From the IMG/VR virus record IMGVR_UViG_3300044646_003076: 64,000 nt of DNA; one strand, given 5' to 3'. Origin of the DNA: a virus. The position numbers and the translations under genes were made by a program. Positions 9,548-19,144 of the stretch are shown one piece after another; position 1 is the first letter of the stretch; each line of letters starts with the position of its first letter. The notes beneath the pieces are model-generated. The model made no database searches. It was not told where the DNA came from and worked only from the letters and a program-made list of their open reading frames with translations.

Positions 9548-9931
9548 ATGAAAGAAATTTGGTGTTTAAGGCATCCTGATCCAAACAAAATACCTCATTA
9601 TATCATTACTGATTTTTGTCCTGGACCCGAATGGATTAAGGTTGACGAAAGAAATGATCAGAGAAAACAACAGTTAGAGGAGTTATTTGCGACAGCTTAT
9701 CAAGTTGTTGGTGCTGCTGGTGGTCCAGTTGAATTGTTGGATAATCTATATGCCGCAACCAATGGAGATGAATTACCTCATAGTCCAGATGCAGGTCTTC
9801 CTTGGGTACCAGCTTATGGAGTTGCAACCGATGCTGACATTGACTTTATCAAGTCTATGATTTCTTCGCGGATATTCACGGATGAATACACAGAAAAACT
9901 CAACAACATTCTAAAAATTATTAGCAAATGA
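9548..9931 (+). CDS. Hypothetical protein
   Basis: Packed + strand ORF. Confidence 0.6.
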   Translation: MKEIWCLRHPDPNKIPHYIITDFCPGPEWIKVDERNDQRKQQLEELFATAYQVVGAAGGPVELLDNLYAATNGDELPHSPDAGLPWVPAYGVATDADIDFIKSMISSRIFTDEYTEKLNNILKIISK

Positions 9932-10251
9932 ATATTGAACGTTTCAAACTTTCAGAACACTCCAAACGTGTTCTAGAAAAGGAACAAATTCCGATTCCTT
10001 CTTATAATATGTTTGATAATCCAGAGGCAGTTCTTATCACTCAAAGAGAGCGTATAACAGATGATCTGATTCCTGTTATTGAGTATGTTATTACTGTGAA
10101 CAAAGAAGCAATTAAGGATCACACTAGCTTCTGGTTGCCCGTTTATAGACATCTTCATCTTCATTTAGAAGAACAGTCAAGTGAAGCACTAAGCCGTGAT
10201 ATTCAATTTGGTATTGCAGAAAAATTCAAAAAATACTTAACTAACTCTTGA
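9928..10251 (+). CDS. Hypothetical protein
   Basis: ATGA overlap. Confidence 0.6.
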   Translation: MNIERFKLSEHSKRVLEKEQIPIPSYNMFDNPEAVLITQRERITDDLIPVIEYVITVNKEAIKDHTSFWLPVYRHLHLHLEEQSSEALSRDIQFGIAEKFKKYLTNS

Positions 10252-10484
10252 TTATGGATATTGTTATTGAACGAGATCTTAATGGTAATCCATTTGAGGT
10301 GATTTTTAAATCTGATGTTGATGGAAGAACAGCGTTTACTATTAGGGTAATAAATGATCATACTTTAGACATTAGTGGTGGATTTACCACAAAAGATTCT
10401 GAAGGTGTATTATATTCAGAACGTCTACAGATTAAACCGAGAGCATCTAATGTGGTTCTTATTGAAAAACAGAGGTATGAATGA
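10248..10484 (+). CDS. Hypothetical protein
   Basis: Overlap-coupled ORF. Confidence 0.55.
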   Translation: MIMDIVIERDLNGNPFEVIFKSDVDGRTAFTIRVINDHTLDISGGFTTKDSEGVLYSERLQIKPRASNVVLIEKQRYE

Positions 10485-11057
10485 TGGAACAGGAAAATTC
10501 AATTACAGTATTAGAAAAAATCGCTCGTAAACATCTTAGTATTCCAACATTAGAAACAAGAAAGAAGGATTCTTTGGATTTTTATGATGTTTCAGTGTGG
10601 GGGTGTTAAAGCTGCACTGATGGAAGCTTATAATATAGATAGAATCTCTGATTCTACAGATCTTAGGTGTTTATTTAAATATAGAGACGAACTCAATCAA
10701 AAAATCGCAGATTATTTCAACTGGGATGGTGTTGGGTTGGAATCTATTAGTGATTTTACTGATCTTTATTGGGTAGAATGCGACGATTGTATTTTTTGTG
10801 ATGATAAAATAGAAGATTTTGATAATCCTATTGTCATACCTCTATTATCCAAATGTTTTACTGAAAGAAATGAGTTTATCGCCGTTACGAGTTGTATTTT
10901 ATATCAAGATCAAAAACAAGATAATACTGTGGTAAATCATTTGATTGGATATCCTAGTTGTACTGAATATATAATTTTGGATAAAAATAAAAAAATTGAT
11001 AAGGATGTCGCTGACCTTAGAAAAGAATTTAGCATGGTCTTGAAGTACGAAAAATAA
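10481..11057 (+). pseudogene. Frameshifted gene with a DUF6900-like N-terminal domain (break in G5 run at 10599-10603)
   Basis: LEKIARKHLSIPTLETRKKDSLDFYDVSVWG in one frame continues as VKAALMEAY in the +1 frame. Confidence 0.65.
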
Positions 11058-11061
11058 TAAC

Positions 11062-11562
11062 ATGACTTATTCCACAACACATACATCAACAAACTATTGG
11101 CAACCGATCCACACCGCACCAAAAACTGAGAATTATGATTCTATTCTATTAGGATTTGCCCAGGATGAAGAAGGATACGATCTACCATCAAGAGAAGGAT
11201 TTTGGAATTGTAGACTTAATAGATGGGTCTCCGCACTGGATCCAGAAGATTCCAATTCAGCACAACCGACTCATTGGCAACCTTTACCTGAATCACCAAA
11301 ACCTTCGTATAAAGTACATCTAACATACTTCAAAGCCGGTGGTAAGTATTATTGTGAAGGTGAACTGATGGCGTCTTCTCAATTGATGCCATATCAGATT
11401 GGTGATGTTATACGAAAAAGACGCGCAAGTGGTGATCTACCTGGATTGATTAAAGGTCATAGTCTCAATCACTACACCATTCATGTTAATGTACCAGATC
11501 ATCCATCTAACGTACCATTCTTAATAATGGCAGAAATTCACTTACAAGGAGGAAAACAATGA
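11062..11562 (+). CDS. Two-domain hypothetical protein (DUF551-like N-terminal part)
   Basis: WQPIHTAPK...PTHWQPLPESP followed by LTYFKAGGKYY domain. Confidence 0.6.
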   Translation: MTYSTTHTSTNYWQPIHTAPKTENYDSILLGFAQDEEGYDLPSREGFWNCRLNRWVSALDPEDSNSAQPTHWQPLPESPKPSYKVHLTYFKAGGKYYCEGELMASSQLMPYQIGDVIRKRRASGDLPGLIKGHSLNHYTIHVNVPDHPSNVPFLIMAEIHLQGGKQ

Positions 11563-11834
11563 TCGGTTTTAGTTTTGATTTATATAATCCTTTTATTAGC
11601 CGATATAAATGCATTTATGAGAAATCAGGCATTCTAGAAAATTCTTATAAAGAATATAGTATAATTATTGAAGAGCGATCTGTTATTATTAGTTTTAGTT
11701 TTGATTTAACTATCCGTCAACATCATGCCGGAGCAAACTTAAGTTTTGGTGTCTTGGGTTGGTACATTTCTTTTAACATTTCAGACACGCGCCATTGGAA
11801 TTATACTAAAGGAGAATGGGAAACATATGACTGA
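11559..11834 (+). CDS. Hypothetical protein
   Basis: ATGA overlap. Confidence 0.6.
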   Translation: MIGFSFDLYNPFISRYKCIYEKSGILENSYKEYSIIIEERSVIISFSFDLTIRQHHAGANLSFGVLGWYISFNISDTRHWNYTKGEWETYD

Positions 11835-12138
11835 TGTTCAATGGACAAACACTGAATTTTGTGATCCACCACACCGAGTAACACATCCAGAAAAGTTTTT
11901 TGAATTATTAGAAATGTTTAAAAAAAATGGATGGGATACTAATCATCCTCCACTTCTAGGATATTGGTTGGAAGACAAAATACAATTGATTTCGGGTTCC
12001 CATCGTTGGGCGGCGGCCAAAGAAGCGGAGATAAAAATTCCAATTTTATTACATACATACGAGAAAATTTTTAATATTTGGGGAACCGAAGAATGGCTAC
12101 ACCTATTACAAAGTGTTTATAATATTAAGTATGAATAG
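11827..12138 (+). CDS. ParB/sulfiredoxin-like domain protein
   Basis: HPPLLG...LISGSHRWAAAKEA motif. Confidence 0.7.
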   Translation: MTDVQWTNTEFCDPPHRVTHPEKFFELLEMFKKNGWDTNHPPLLGYWLEDKIQLISGSHRWAAAKEAEIKIPILLHTYEKIFNIWGTEEWLHLLQSVYNIKYE

Positions 12139-12463
12139 TCACTCACAATGTCCAGGAGAAGCGTATGATAGCTTCTGGGAAGAAGAAAATAATCAACCAA
12201 CACTTAATGTTGATAAGTTGGTAAAGGATCTTCATTGGAACGGTACTGAATTCGTTAAAACCGAAACAATTTACCGAATTAATTATTATCGTGGATTCAT
12301 TCCCTCTAAACAATTTGAATCAGATATTTACCAATTATATCTTAAATATGCATCAACACAAGAATTAGAAAATGATATTGTTTTTTATAATACGATGCTT
12401 AAAATGTATAATGAGATAAAAGAACTGAATTTGCGTTTGTACAAGACGGAAATAATCAGTTGA
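12131..12463 (+). CDS. Hypothetical protein
   Basis: Packed + strand ORF. Confidence 0.55.
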   Translation: MNSHSQCPGEAYDSFWEEENNQPTLNVDKLVKDLHWNGTEFVKTETIYRINYYRGFIPSKQFESDIYQLYLKYASTQELENDIVFYNTMLKMYNEIKELNLRLYKTEIIS

Positions 12464-12471
12464 ATCTCTCT

Positions 12472-12529
12472 ATGACACTTTAGAAACCGTCACATCTTTG
12501 TGAACACTCTTTCTAACATGTGCTACTCT
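12472..12529 (+). promoter_or_regulatory. Dyad element plus extended -10 promoter
   Basis: ATGACA-N7-AACCGTCAC then TGTGCTACTCT. Confidence 0.55.
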
Positions 12530-12551
12530 AATAAAAATTGCAAAGAACCTA

Positions 12552-12752
12552 ATGTTTGAAATTCTTCTTGTTGTTTTATTGGCAATCACCCCAGGATTGT
12601 TTATTAATTATGGAAAGGATCTTGGAAGATCCGAAGCGAGAGATGAAACCATTATCAGATGTAATAAAGAACCCAAATGGTGCAAAGATCAATATACATT
12701 TTTAATGTTGAAAGAAAAGGTTGAAAGAGAAGAAGCAAAGAGAAACCCATGA
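12552..12752 (+). CDS. Small membrane protein
   Basis: N-terminal transmembrane helix. Confidence 0.6.
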   Translation: MFEILLVVLLAITPGLFINYGKDLGRSEARDETIIRCNKEPKWCKDQYTFLMLKEKVEREEAKRNP

Positions 12753-13176
12753 GTAGATGTAATTATTGGGATTGTGGCTGGTGTTATGCACCCGATACTG
12801 TTGAAATTAATGCAGAAAAAGTTCTGCCTGTACTAATCCATCGGAGTGTCCTTATATGTTAAAACCCGAACCACCAAAACCCAGACTTATTGAAGAATCT
12901 TTTCTTCCAACAAAAAGAGATAACCTAAAAATGAATTGGAGAATTAAGAAATTCCATCACACCAATAACATTTATTATGTTATTCAAAAGAAAGGATTTT
13001 TAGGATTGTGGTATGATCATAATTTTGGCTACTGTGACTATTATACTTCTTATCAACAAGCTAACGCTACTCTGTGTAGAGAATTAAATCGTGAGTGCAA
13101 TAAAATAGAATATTTTGAACCCGATTTTGATCATCCTGAATTTGATAAATGTTTACCACCACCGAAAAATCCTTGA
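12749..13176 (+). pseudogene. Cys-rich protein split by a -1 frame break at an A5 run (~12816-12820)
   Basis: MSRCNYWDCGWCYAP...NAEK then SSACTNPSECPYMLKPEPPKP in the -1 frame. Confidence 0.55.
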
Positions 13177-13179
13177 ATT

Positions 13180-13503
13180 ATGAACCCTGAACTAAAAAAA
13201 TTGTGGCTAGAAGCTCTACGTTCTGGTAATTATGAACAGACTCGCTTTTATTTAAGATTTGGAGATGGATATTGTTGTCTTGGTGTTTTGTGTGATTTAC
13301 ATCCCGATGTAGATTGGATCAGAAATATTTCTGAGTGCGCATTTTATCCCTTTGGAGTGGAGGAGAGAGATTTGGGAAACCTTCCAGATAAAGCATCCTC
13401 TTGGTCTGGTTTAACAAATGACCAAAAAAATATTCTTATGAGTATGAATGACTGGGGTAAATCTTTTGAAGAAATTGCTGATTATATTGAGAAAAATTTA
13501 TAA
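13180..13503 (+). CDS. Conserved phage hypothetical protein
   Basis: WLEALRSGNYEQ...YCCLGVLCDL...SFEEIADYIE pattern. Confidence 0.7.
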   Translation: MNPELKKLWLEALRSGNYEQTRFYLRFGDGYCCLGVLCDLHPDVDWIRNISECAFYPFGVEERDLGNLPDKASSWSGLTNDQKNILMSMNDWGKSFEEIADYIEKNL

Positions 13504-13505
13504 TT

Positions 13506-14201
13506 ATGAATAAAACAAAATATTTTAATTTGGGAAATTTACATCTTGTGATTACTAGTTCCCAACCATTTAACTGCCTTCATCTAGGAATTAATTTATC
13601 TGATGATTGTGAGCACACTATATCATTTTCCTTATCATTACCATATATCTTTAACTTCAATTTGTATTATAATAGTATAAATTTGGTGAGATCAAACTGG
13701 TGGAAGAACTTTTTGCGGGTTGAATATGGAAAAAGAGAAACCTCATTCTCAGTGTGGAAAGAAAAAGATGCTGTTGAAGGGGGATATAATTTATGTTTGT
13801 GTGTTTGGGATGCTGATTTTGCCGGTTGCAATAATCGGCGAGGATTTAGTAAATTCTTAAACACTACAACTTTGATTTATGGACATTTTGACTGTAAAAC
13901 TACAATTCTAAATGAATCAACTAAGAGAGTTTTCATTCCCGGAATAAAAAATTACAATGGTGATTTTTATGATTTGATAATCAAAGAAGAGCTATATTCA
14001 TATGTTTGGAGAAGATTTAATAAAAGAATGAGTTTTACGAAATATAGTGTTGATTGTGAATCCGGCGTTCCTTATGGATTTAAATGGGGCCACCCCGATA
14101 GAACTTATGGTATTACGTTCGGTAGTGGCACTTGTAATTCAGAACAAGAAGCGGTTGAAGCTTTTATTGAAGATATACGACAGTCTAGATTAAAAATCTA
14201 A
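13506..14201 (+). CDS. Hypothetical protein
   Basis: 231-aa packed ORF. Confidence 0.6.
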   Translation: MNKTKYFNLGNLHLVITSSQPFNCLHLGINLSDDCEHTISFSLSLPYIFNFNLYYNSINLVRSNWWKNFLRVEYGKRETSFSVWKEKDAVEGGYNLCLCVWDADFAGCNNRRGFSKFLNTTTLIYGHFDCKTTILNESTKRVFIPGIKNYNGDFYDLIIKEELYSYVWRRFNKRMSFTKYSVDCESGVPYGFKWGHPDRTYGITFGSGTCNSEQEAVEAFIEDIRQSRLKI

Positions 14202-14204
14202 ATA
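14199..14204 (+). promoter_or_regulatory. Late promoter TAAATA
   Basis: CTAAATA 17 nt before the ATG at 14221. Confidence 0.6.
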
Positions 14205-14220
14205 ATCCAAAAGCAAACTA

Positions 14221-14451
14221 ATGAAATCATTCAAACAATTTCTCTTTGAAGCTAAGAAAAAAAAGAAAGAAAAACTTTTTAAAGTGATTCGTAAAAGTGT
14301 TAAGAAACAAGGGGATTCTCCTGTGGTGAGAATTGATATTGGTTCTAAGCCTAATTCAAAAGAAAGAAAAGCTGAAATTGAATATATGATGAAACATCAT
14401 GGAGTTAGAGCCTTGAGACGACAGTTGGCCAATAATCAAACTGTCCACTGA
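14221..14451 (+). CDS. Small basic protein, putative internal head protein
   Basis: N-terminus MKSFKQFLFE resembles the T4 capsid targeting sequence MKTYQEFIAE; Lys-rich. Confidence 0.6.
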   Translation: MKSFKQFLFEAKKKKKEKLFKVIRKSVKKQGDSPVVRIDIGSKPNSKERKAEIEYMMKHHGVRALRRQLANNQTVH

Positions 14452-14504
14452 CGCCACCACCGGCCCATTTCTTCCACTACTATTGGTGAAAATTCAACTT
14501 CGTC

Positions 14505-15101
14505 ATGAGAGAGCAAATCTACCTCGCATTGGATCTGGAGTACAATTGTGACGGTAAAAATCCAACTGAAGATATTATTCAAGTTGGTGTTGCAATCGGA
14601 TCTCCATCTAACAACGTTTTCTTGCAAGAATCGTATCTTGTGAGACCCAAAGATAAAACTGTAACTCTTCATCCTTTTATCACAGAACTTACTGGAATTA
14701 CTCAGGAGACATATGATCAAGAAGCCGTCTCTTGGGAAGTGGTTGTTGAACGTATTGCTAAACTTCATACTCATTACCATCCATTTGTGAATCCCGTCAC
14801 TTGGGGATTGACCGATGCAAGTGATTTAATCAGCACTGTTAAGACAGAAGGAATTGAGTTTCCATTCTTCGGCCGCAGAATTATTGATGTCAAGCACTTC
14901 TTTCTTTTTATTGAGGCCGCGAAAGGTCGTTCAATGAGTGGTGGTCTTAGAAGTTCAATGAAAAAGCATCATCTTAAATTCAACGGAACTCCACATAGAG
15001 CTGATGTGGATGCCAATAATACTCTCAGATTCTTCTTTCATCTACTCAAAAGACAATCATTATTAGAAGAAACCGTTAATAATATGAAAACCCTGTCTTG
15101 A
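14505..15101 (+). CDS. DEDDh 3'-5' exonuclease (ERI-1/KapD-like)
   Basis: ALDLEY, FITELTGIT, IIDVK, HRADVDA motifs. Confidence 0.85.
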   Translation: MREQIYLALDLEYNCDGKNPTEDIIQVGVAIGSPSNNVFLQESYLVRPKDKTVTLHPFITELTGITQETYDQEAVSWEVVVERIAKLHTHYHPFVNPVTWGLTDASDLISTVKTEGIEFPFFGRRIIDVKHFFLFIEAAKGRSMSGGLRSSMKKHHLKFNGTPHRADVDANNTLRFFFHLLKRQSLLEETVNNMKTLS

Positions 15102-15158
15102 TGGACACCTTTGAAACTGTCCAATAACACATCCAATTCTACCGATCCGTGCTAATCT
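15102..15158 (+). promoter_or_regulatory. Dyad element plus extended -10 promoter
   Basis: TGGACA-N7-AACTGTCCA then GTGCTAATCT. Confidence 0.55.
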
Positions 15159-15179
15159 AATTCTAGTTACCATTAAAAC

Positions 15180-16529
15180 ATGTCACTAAAAATTTCCGAA
15201 AAAGCAAATAAAAATTATCTCGCAAAAATCATCCGGCTTGATAATCTTCGTAAGCATCCAAATGCCGATCGTCTTCAGATCACAACTGTAGATGGTAACA
15301 ATGTTATTACCGGACTAAATGCCCGTGAAGGAATGATGTATGTGTACTTTCCTCTGGAGTGTGCCATCAATAAAGATTACTTGAAGTACAGTAATTCTTT
15401 TCAAGATAGTAATCTTAATAAAGATACCGAAGTGAAAGGTTATTTTCCTTCTACCGGAAGAGTGAGAGCAACACGTCTTCGTGGTCAAAAGTCGGAAGGT
15501 TATGTTGTTCCAGTAAGTGATATTACTGAATGGCTTAAAAATGATCTTAATCTTTCTTTTGAGATCACAGAAGATCATGTGAACACCGAGTTCAATATGA
15601 TCTTTGATATTGAACTTTGTAAAAAGTATGTTGTTAAGTATGTGAGAGAGCAATCTACACAAAAGAATCAGAAGAAAAAGGCGAAAGTCAGCCGTCTTGT
15701 TGATGAACAATTCCACTTCCATATTGATACACCTCAACTAAGAAAGTTTATTAGTGAGGTTCATCCTGAGGATTATATTTCTATTACCAGAAAACTACAT
15801 GGAACTTCCGCAGTGTTCAGTAAAGTTCTATGTGTGAAGCCACTTAATAGGCTTGAAAAACTTCTGAAGTGGCTGGGTGTGAATATCGTAGATACTCATT
15901 ATGATCTTGTCTATAGTAGCCGAAAAGTCGTGAAGAATGGTTATCTGGATCCTTCGGAAGCCAATTATAATCACTTCTACTCTAGTGATATTTGGGGCCA
16001 ATGTGCTCGCAAGTATGATGCCTTTATGAAGAATGGAATTTCACTTTATGGTGAGATTGTCGGTTATACTCCTGAAGGAGCCGAGATTCAGAAAGGTTAT
16101 GATTACGGCTGTGATCCCAATACTTTTGATTTCTACGTCTATCGTGTAACAATTACTTCTGTTTCGGGTGATGTCTATGAGATGTCACCTAGAGAGATGA
16201 AGACCTATTGTGATCGTTATGGTATCAAAACGGTTCCTGAGATCTATTATGGAAAGGCTAAGGATTTTTATGATCTTTCTGTAAATGATCACTGGCATCA
16301 GAACTTTCTTGAGAAACTCAGTGATGATTATCTTGAAAAAGACTGTGATCTTTGTCAAAATTCAGTACCCGATGAGGGAATCTGTCTTCGTGTAGATAAA
16401 CCTCTTGATATTGAAATCTACAAATTGAAGTCCTTTGCTTTTCTTGAGCGAGAAACTAAGATGTTAGATCGCGGTGAAGTTGACATGGAAACAGTAGAAT
16501 CTGAAGAGGGTGCACCGAATGAAAGTTGA
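15180..16529 (+). CDS. ATP-dependent RNA ligase with N-terminal OB/tRNA-binding-like domain (DRB0094-like)
   Basis: HPNADRLQ N-terminus; motif I TRKLHGTS; LYGEIVG; EGICLR; YKLKS. Confidence 0.85.
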   Translation: MSLKISEKANKNYLAKIIRLDNLRKHPNADRLQITTVDGNNVITGLNAREGMMYVYFPLECAINKDYLKYSNSFQDSNLNKDTEVKGYFPSTGRVRATRLRGQKSEGYVVPVSDITEWLKNDLNLSFEITEDHVNTEFNMIFDIELCKKYVVKYVREQSTQKNQKKKAKVSRLVDEQFHFHIDTPQLRKFISEVHPEDYISITRKLHGTSAVFSKVLCVKPLNRLEKLLKWLGVNIVDTHYDLVYSSRKVVKNGYLDPSEANYNHFYSSDIWGQCARKYDAFMKNGISLYGEIVGYTPEGAEIQKGYDYGCDPNTFDFYVYRVTITSVSGDVYEMSPREMKTYCDRYGIKTVPEIYYGKAKDFYDLSVNDHWHQNFLEKLSDDYLEKDCDLCQNSVPDEGICLRVDKPLDIEIYKLKSFAFLERETKMLDRGEVDMETVESEEGAPNES

Positions 16530-16746
16530 ATTGTGCCCAAAATGTTCATCCCGTGTTTGGAGAGATTCAGTGGATGTTGGAGTTGGAGTGATTCATGGTC
16601 CTTATGGATGTCCTCAATGTGGATGGTCTGAATCAAAAGAATATGATCTTAGCAATGGACCTTCACCGGCTCAATTAGAAAATCCACAGCATAAGGTAGA
16701 TCAATGGGGAACTCTTTATCCTAATGCCAATAAAAAACTTTTCTGA
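16510..16746 (+). CDS. Small zinc-finger-like protein
   Basis: CPKC...CPQCGW. Confidence 0.6.
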   Translation: MHRMKVELCPKCSSRVWRDSVDVGVGVIHGPYGCPQCGWSESKEYDLSNGPSPAQLENPQHKVDQWGTLYPNANKKLF

Positions 16747-16757
16747 AATTTAAACTA

Positions 16758-16994
16758 ATGAAACTCTATTGCGTAAAAATCACACGTTCAGCATATGTTT
16801 TAGCTGAAAATAAAAAAGAAGTCAACATACACATGTCTAATATTGAAAGATATGAAGAACCTGATACTGAAATTTATGAGACTCACTCTAATGACTTAGG
16901 ATGGGATAAAGAATGTCTGGTCTATCATTCGAAATCATCAACAGATGATATTGACCTGAGCGAAGCACTACAACTTGTGAACGGGGGCAAATGA
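16758..16994 (+). CDS. Hypothetical protein
   Basis: Packed ORF. Confidence 0.6.
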   Translation: MKLYCVKITRSAYVLAENKKEVNIHMSNIERYEEPDTEIYETHSNDLGWDKECLVYHSKSSTDDIDLSEALQLVNGGK

Positions 16995-16998
16995 AATC

Positions 16999-17226
16999 AT
17001 GAGTGATTATCTTTCTATTCTATTAACATTTGTCAATTCTTTTGATCAATTAGTTAAGATTGCCGTAAGAGTACCCAACTCTAAATTAGATGAAGACTGT
17101 CTTCTCTATTATAACGAACCCGAAAACCGCGTCAAATATCTGGAGTTGATTCCAGAAGAACAAAGAACGGATCTACGTCTTGTTGAGATTCGTTTTTTGT
17201 CTGATATCGTTATCGTAAACTCTTAA
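16999..17226 (+). CDS. Hypothetical protein
   Basis: Packed ORF. Confidence 0.55.
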   Translation: MSDYLSILLTFVNSFDQLVKIAVRVPNSKLDEDCLLYYNEPENRVKYLELIPEEQRTDLRLVEIRFLSDIVIVNS

Positions 17227-17235
17227 TTTTTCATC

Positions 17236-18654
17236 ATGAACAAAACTTCTTTCACCGAAACCGAATTTCAAGTTCTTGAAAATTCCATTCTTATTGATAC
17301 GGATGGATATAAATTTTCTCATCCTTACATGTTGATTCCTGGCACTACAAATGAGAGTGCATACATCGCACCTCGCGGTGGAGATTGGGAACAGATTGTG
17401 CATTTTGGGCCACAGATGTTCTTCAAAAAATATCTAACTCGTAAAATCACAAACGAGGAAGTGGATGTTGCTACTAAATTTGCATTCATGCAAGGTACCA
17501 GTTTCAACACTGAAGGTTATAAGTACATCGTAGATCAACATGGTGGCAAATTGCCAGTCAGAATCAAATCTCTACCAGAAGGAACCGTCGTTAATCCAAA
17601 AACAATCGTTGGTAATATTGAAGTTACGGATCCGAAGTGTGCCTGGCTAGTCAGTCCTTTGGAATCTCCTCTTCTTCGTGCATTTTGGTATCCTTCTACT
17701 GTTGCTACCCGATCGTTTAATGCAAAAAGAATTATTCAGCGTTATCTGATTAAAACTGGAGATCCAAATCTTCTGGATTATAAGGTATCTGATTTTGGTC
17801 TAAGAGGTGTAAGTAGTAAAGAATCTGCCGGTATTGGTGGTGCCGCACACCTCTCTTCTTTTAGAATCACCGATAATAATACTGGTGCTCTTTGGGCAAT
17901 GATGTACTATAATGAAGATGTTACGAATACCACTATTGATGCAACTCAACACTCTATTTCTTGCCAATGGAAACAAGATAAAGAAGAAGATTATATTCGT
18001 CACATTATACGAGTTTGTGCCAACGAAGGTGGATTATTCGCCATGGTTGCCGACACTTATAACGTTTATGATTTTTGTCATAAAGTTGGTGTTCTAAAAG
18101 AAGAGATTGAGATGGCGGATGCGACACTCATCATTCGTCCCGATAGTGGATTTCCACCTGAAGTTGCACTTGGTTGTCTTAACATTTTGGAATCCTATTT
18201 TGGTTCTACTTCCAATGGCAAGGGCTATAAGGTTCTCAATACCGTTCGGATGATTTATGGTGACAGTATTGACTGTTCCATGATTGATCGTGTTCTTTAT
18301 AAGCTTACCAGTAATGGATTTTCTGCCGATAACATGACTTTCGGATGGGGCCATAAGCTGCTTCAAGAAGCCGCCCGCGACGACCACCAGTACGCTCAGA
18401 AGACTTCTGCAATGGAGCGAGATGGTCAATGGATCGGCCAACAGAAAAAGCCCATTACAGCGGCAGGAAAGGGTTCCCTAGAAGGACGATACTCTGTAGT
18501 TCAGAATGAAGACCGAACTTTCTCCAATATCAGAAACGATGACGATCGCATTATTTCTGGAGATCTACTATTGCCTCATTTTGAGAACGGTGAACTTTTG
18601 ATTGATTATGATCTTTCTGAAGTTCGTGAAACCATTAACTCCTATTTGTTTTGA
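17236..18654 (+). CDS. nadV: Nicotinamide phosphoribosyltransferase (NAMPT)
   Basis: DTDGYKFSH, DFGLRG, ATQHS, VADTY, IRPDSG, IYGDSI, FGWG motifs. Confidence 0.92.
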   Translation: MNKTSFTETEFQVLENSILIDTDGYKFSHPYMLIPGTTNESAYIAPRGGDWEQIVHFGPQMFFKKYLTRKITNEEVDVATKFAFMQGTSFNTEGYKYIVDQHGGKLPVRIKSLPEGTVVNPKTIVGNIEVTDPKCAWLVSPLESPLLRAFWYPSTVATRSFNAKRIIQRYLIKTGDPNLLDYKVSDFGLRGVSSKESAGIGGAAHLSSFRITDNNTGALWAMMYYNEDVTNTTIDATQHSISCQWKQDKEEDYIRHIIRVCANEGGLFAMVADTYNVYDFCHKVGVLKEEIEMADATLIIRPDSGFPPEVALGCLNILESYFGSTSNGKGYKVLNTVRMIYGDSIDCSMIDRVLYKLTSNGFSADNMTFGWGHKLLQEAARDDHQYAQKTSAMERDGQWIGQQKKPITAAGKGSLEGRYSVVQNEDRTFSNIRNDDDRIISGDLLLPHFENGELLIDYDLSEVRETINSYLF

Positions 18655-18875
18655 ATATTATTTTTATGGAAGAAGAACAACCGGTTAAAAATTGTAGAAC
18701 GTGTGCTCATGTAGTCCGTGCTTCTAATCCAAGACATGATTGTTGTTTATTGTGTGGCCATTATTGTATAACTCAGCGGAAGTATCCCAGTTCGCCATGT
18801 GACGAAAACCTGAGTGGCTGGACTCCTCGCCCACCGTCGTTGCTTCAGCGTATTCTGGGGAGGTTGTTTCCTTGA
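18651..18875 (+). CDS. Cys-rich hypothetical protein
   Basis: CRTCAH...CCLLCGHYC...C. Confidence 0.55.
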   Translation: MNIIFMEEEQPVKNCRTCAHVVRASNPRHDCCLLCGHYCITQRKYPSSPCDENLSGWTPRPPSLLQRILGRLFP

Positions 18876-19108
18876 ACCTTCCATTCAATCCTCCAATGGG
18901 CAAAGTCAATCGCCGATTTGACGTTATGATGTCAACTGAGTTAGCACAAGATATGCAAAATCTTGTAGAAAAAACAGGTTTACTTCGGACTGAAATTTTT
19001 CGGGATGCTATGGCACTCTATAAAAAAGCGAAAGAAATCCAAATGACCGGAGGTAATGTCATCATGCGCCAGGAAGACGGTACACTAAAAGAAATTATTG
19101 GATTCTGA
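18872..19108 (+). CDS. Ribbon-helix-helix (CopG-like) protein
   Basis: RFDVMMS strand, LAQDMQNL...RTEIFRDAMALY helices, G.NVIMRQEDGTLKEI tail. Confidence 0.7.
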   Translation: MNLPFNPPMGKVNRRFDVMMSTELAQDMQNLVEKTGLLRTEIFRDAMALYKKAKEIQMTGGNVIMRQEDGTLKEIIGF

Positions 19109-19144
19109 TATCCATTTCTAACATCACCAATCCACTGAACTGTA

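Noticed and set aside
10584-11057. ORF-track start MMFQCGG as an independent gene
   Set aside because: Its first residues belong to a motif that begins at 10481 in another frame; treated as a frameshifted gene
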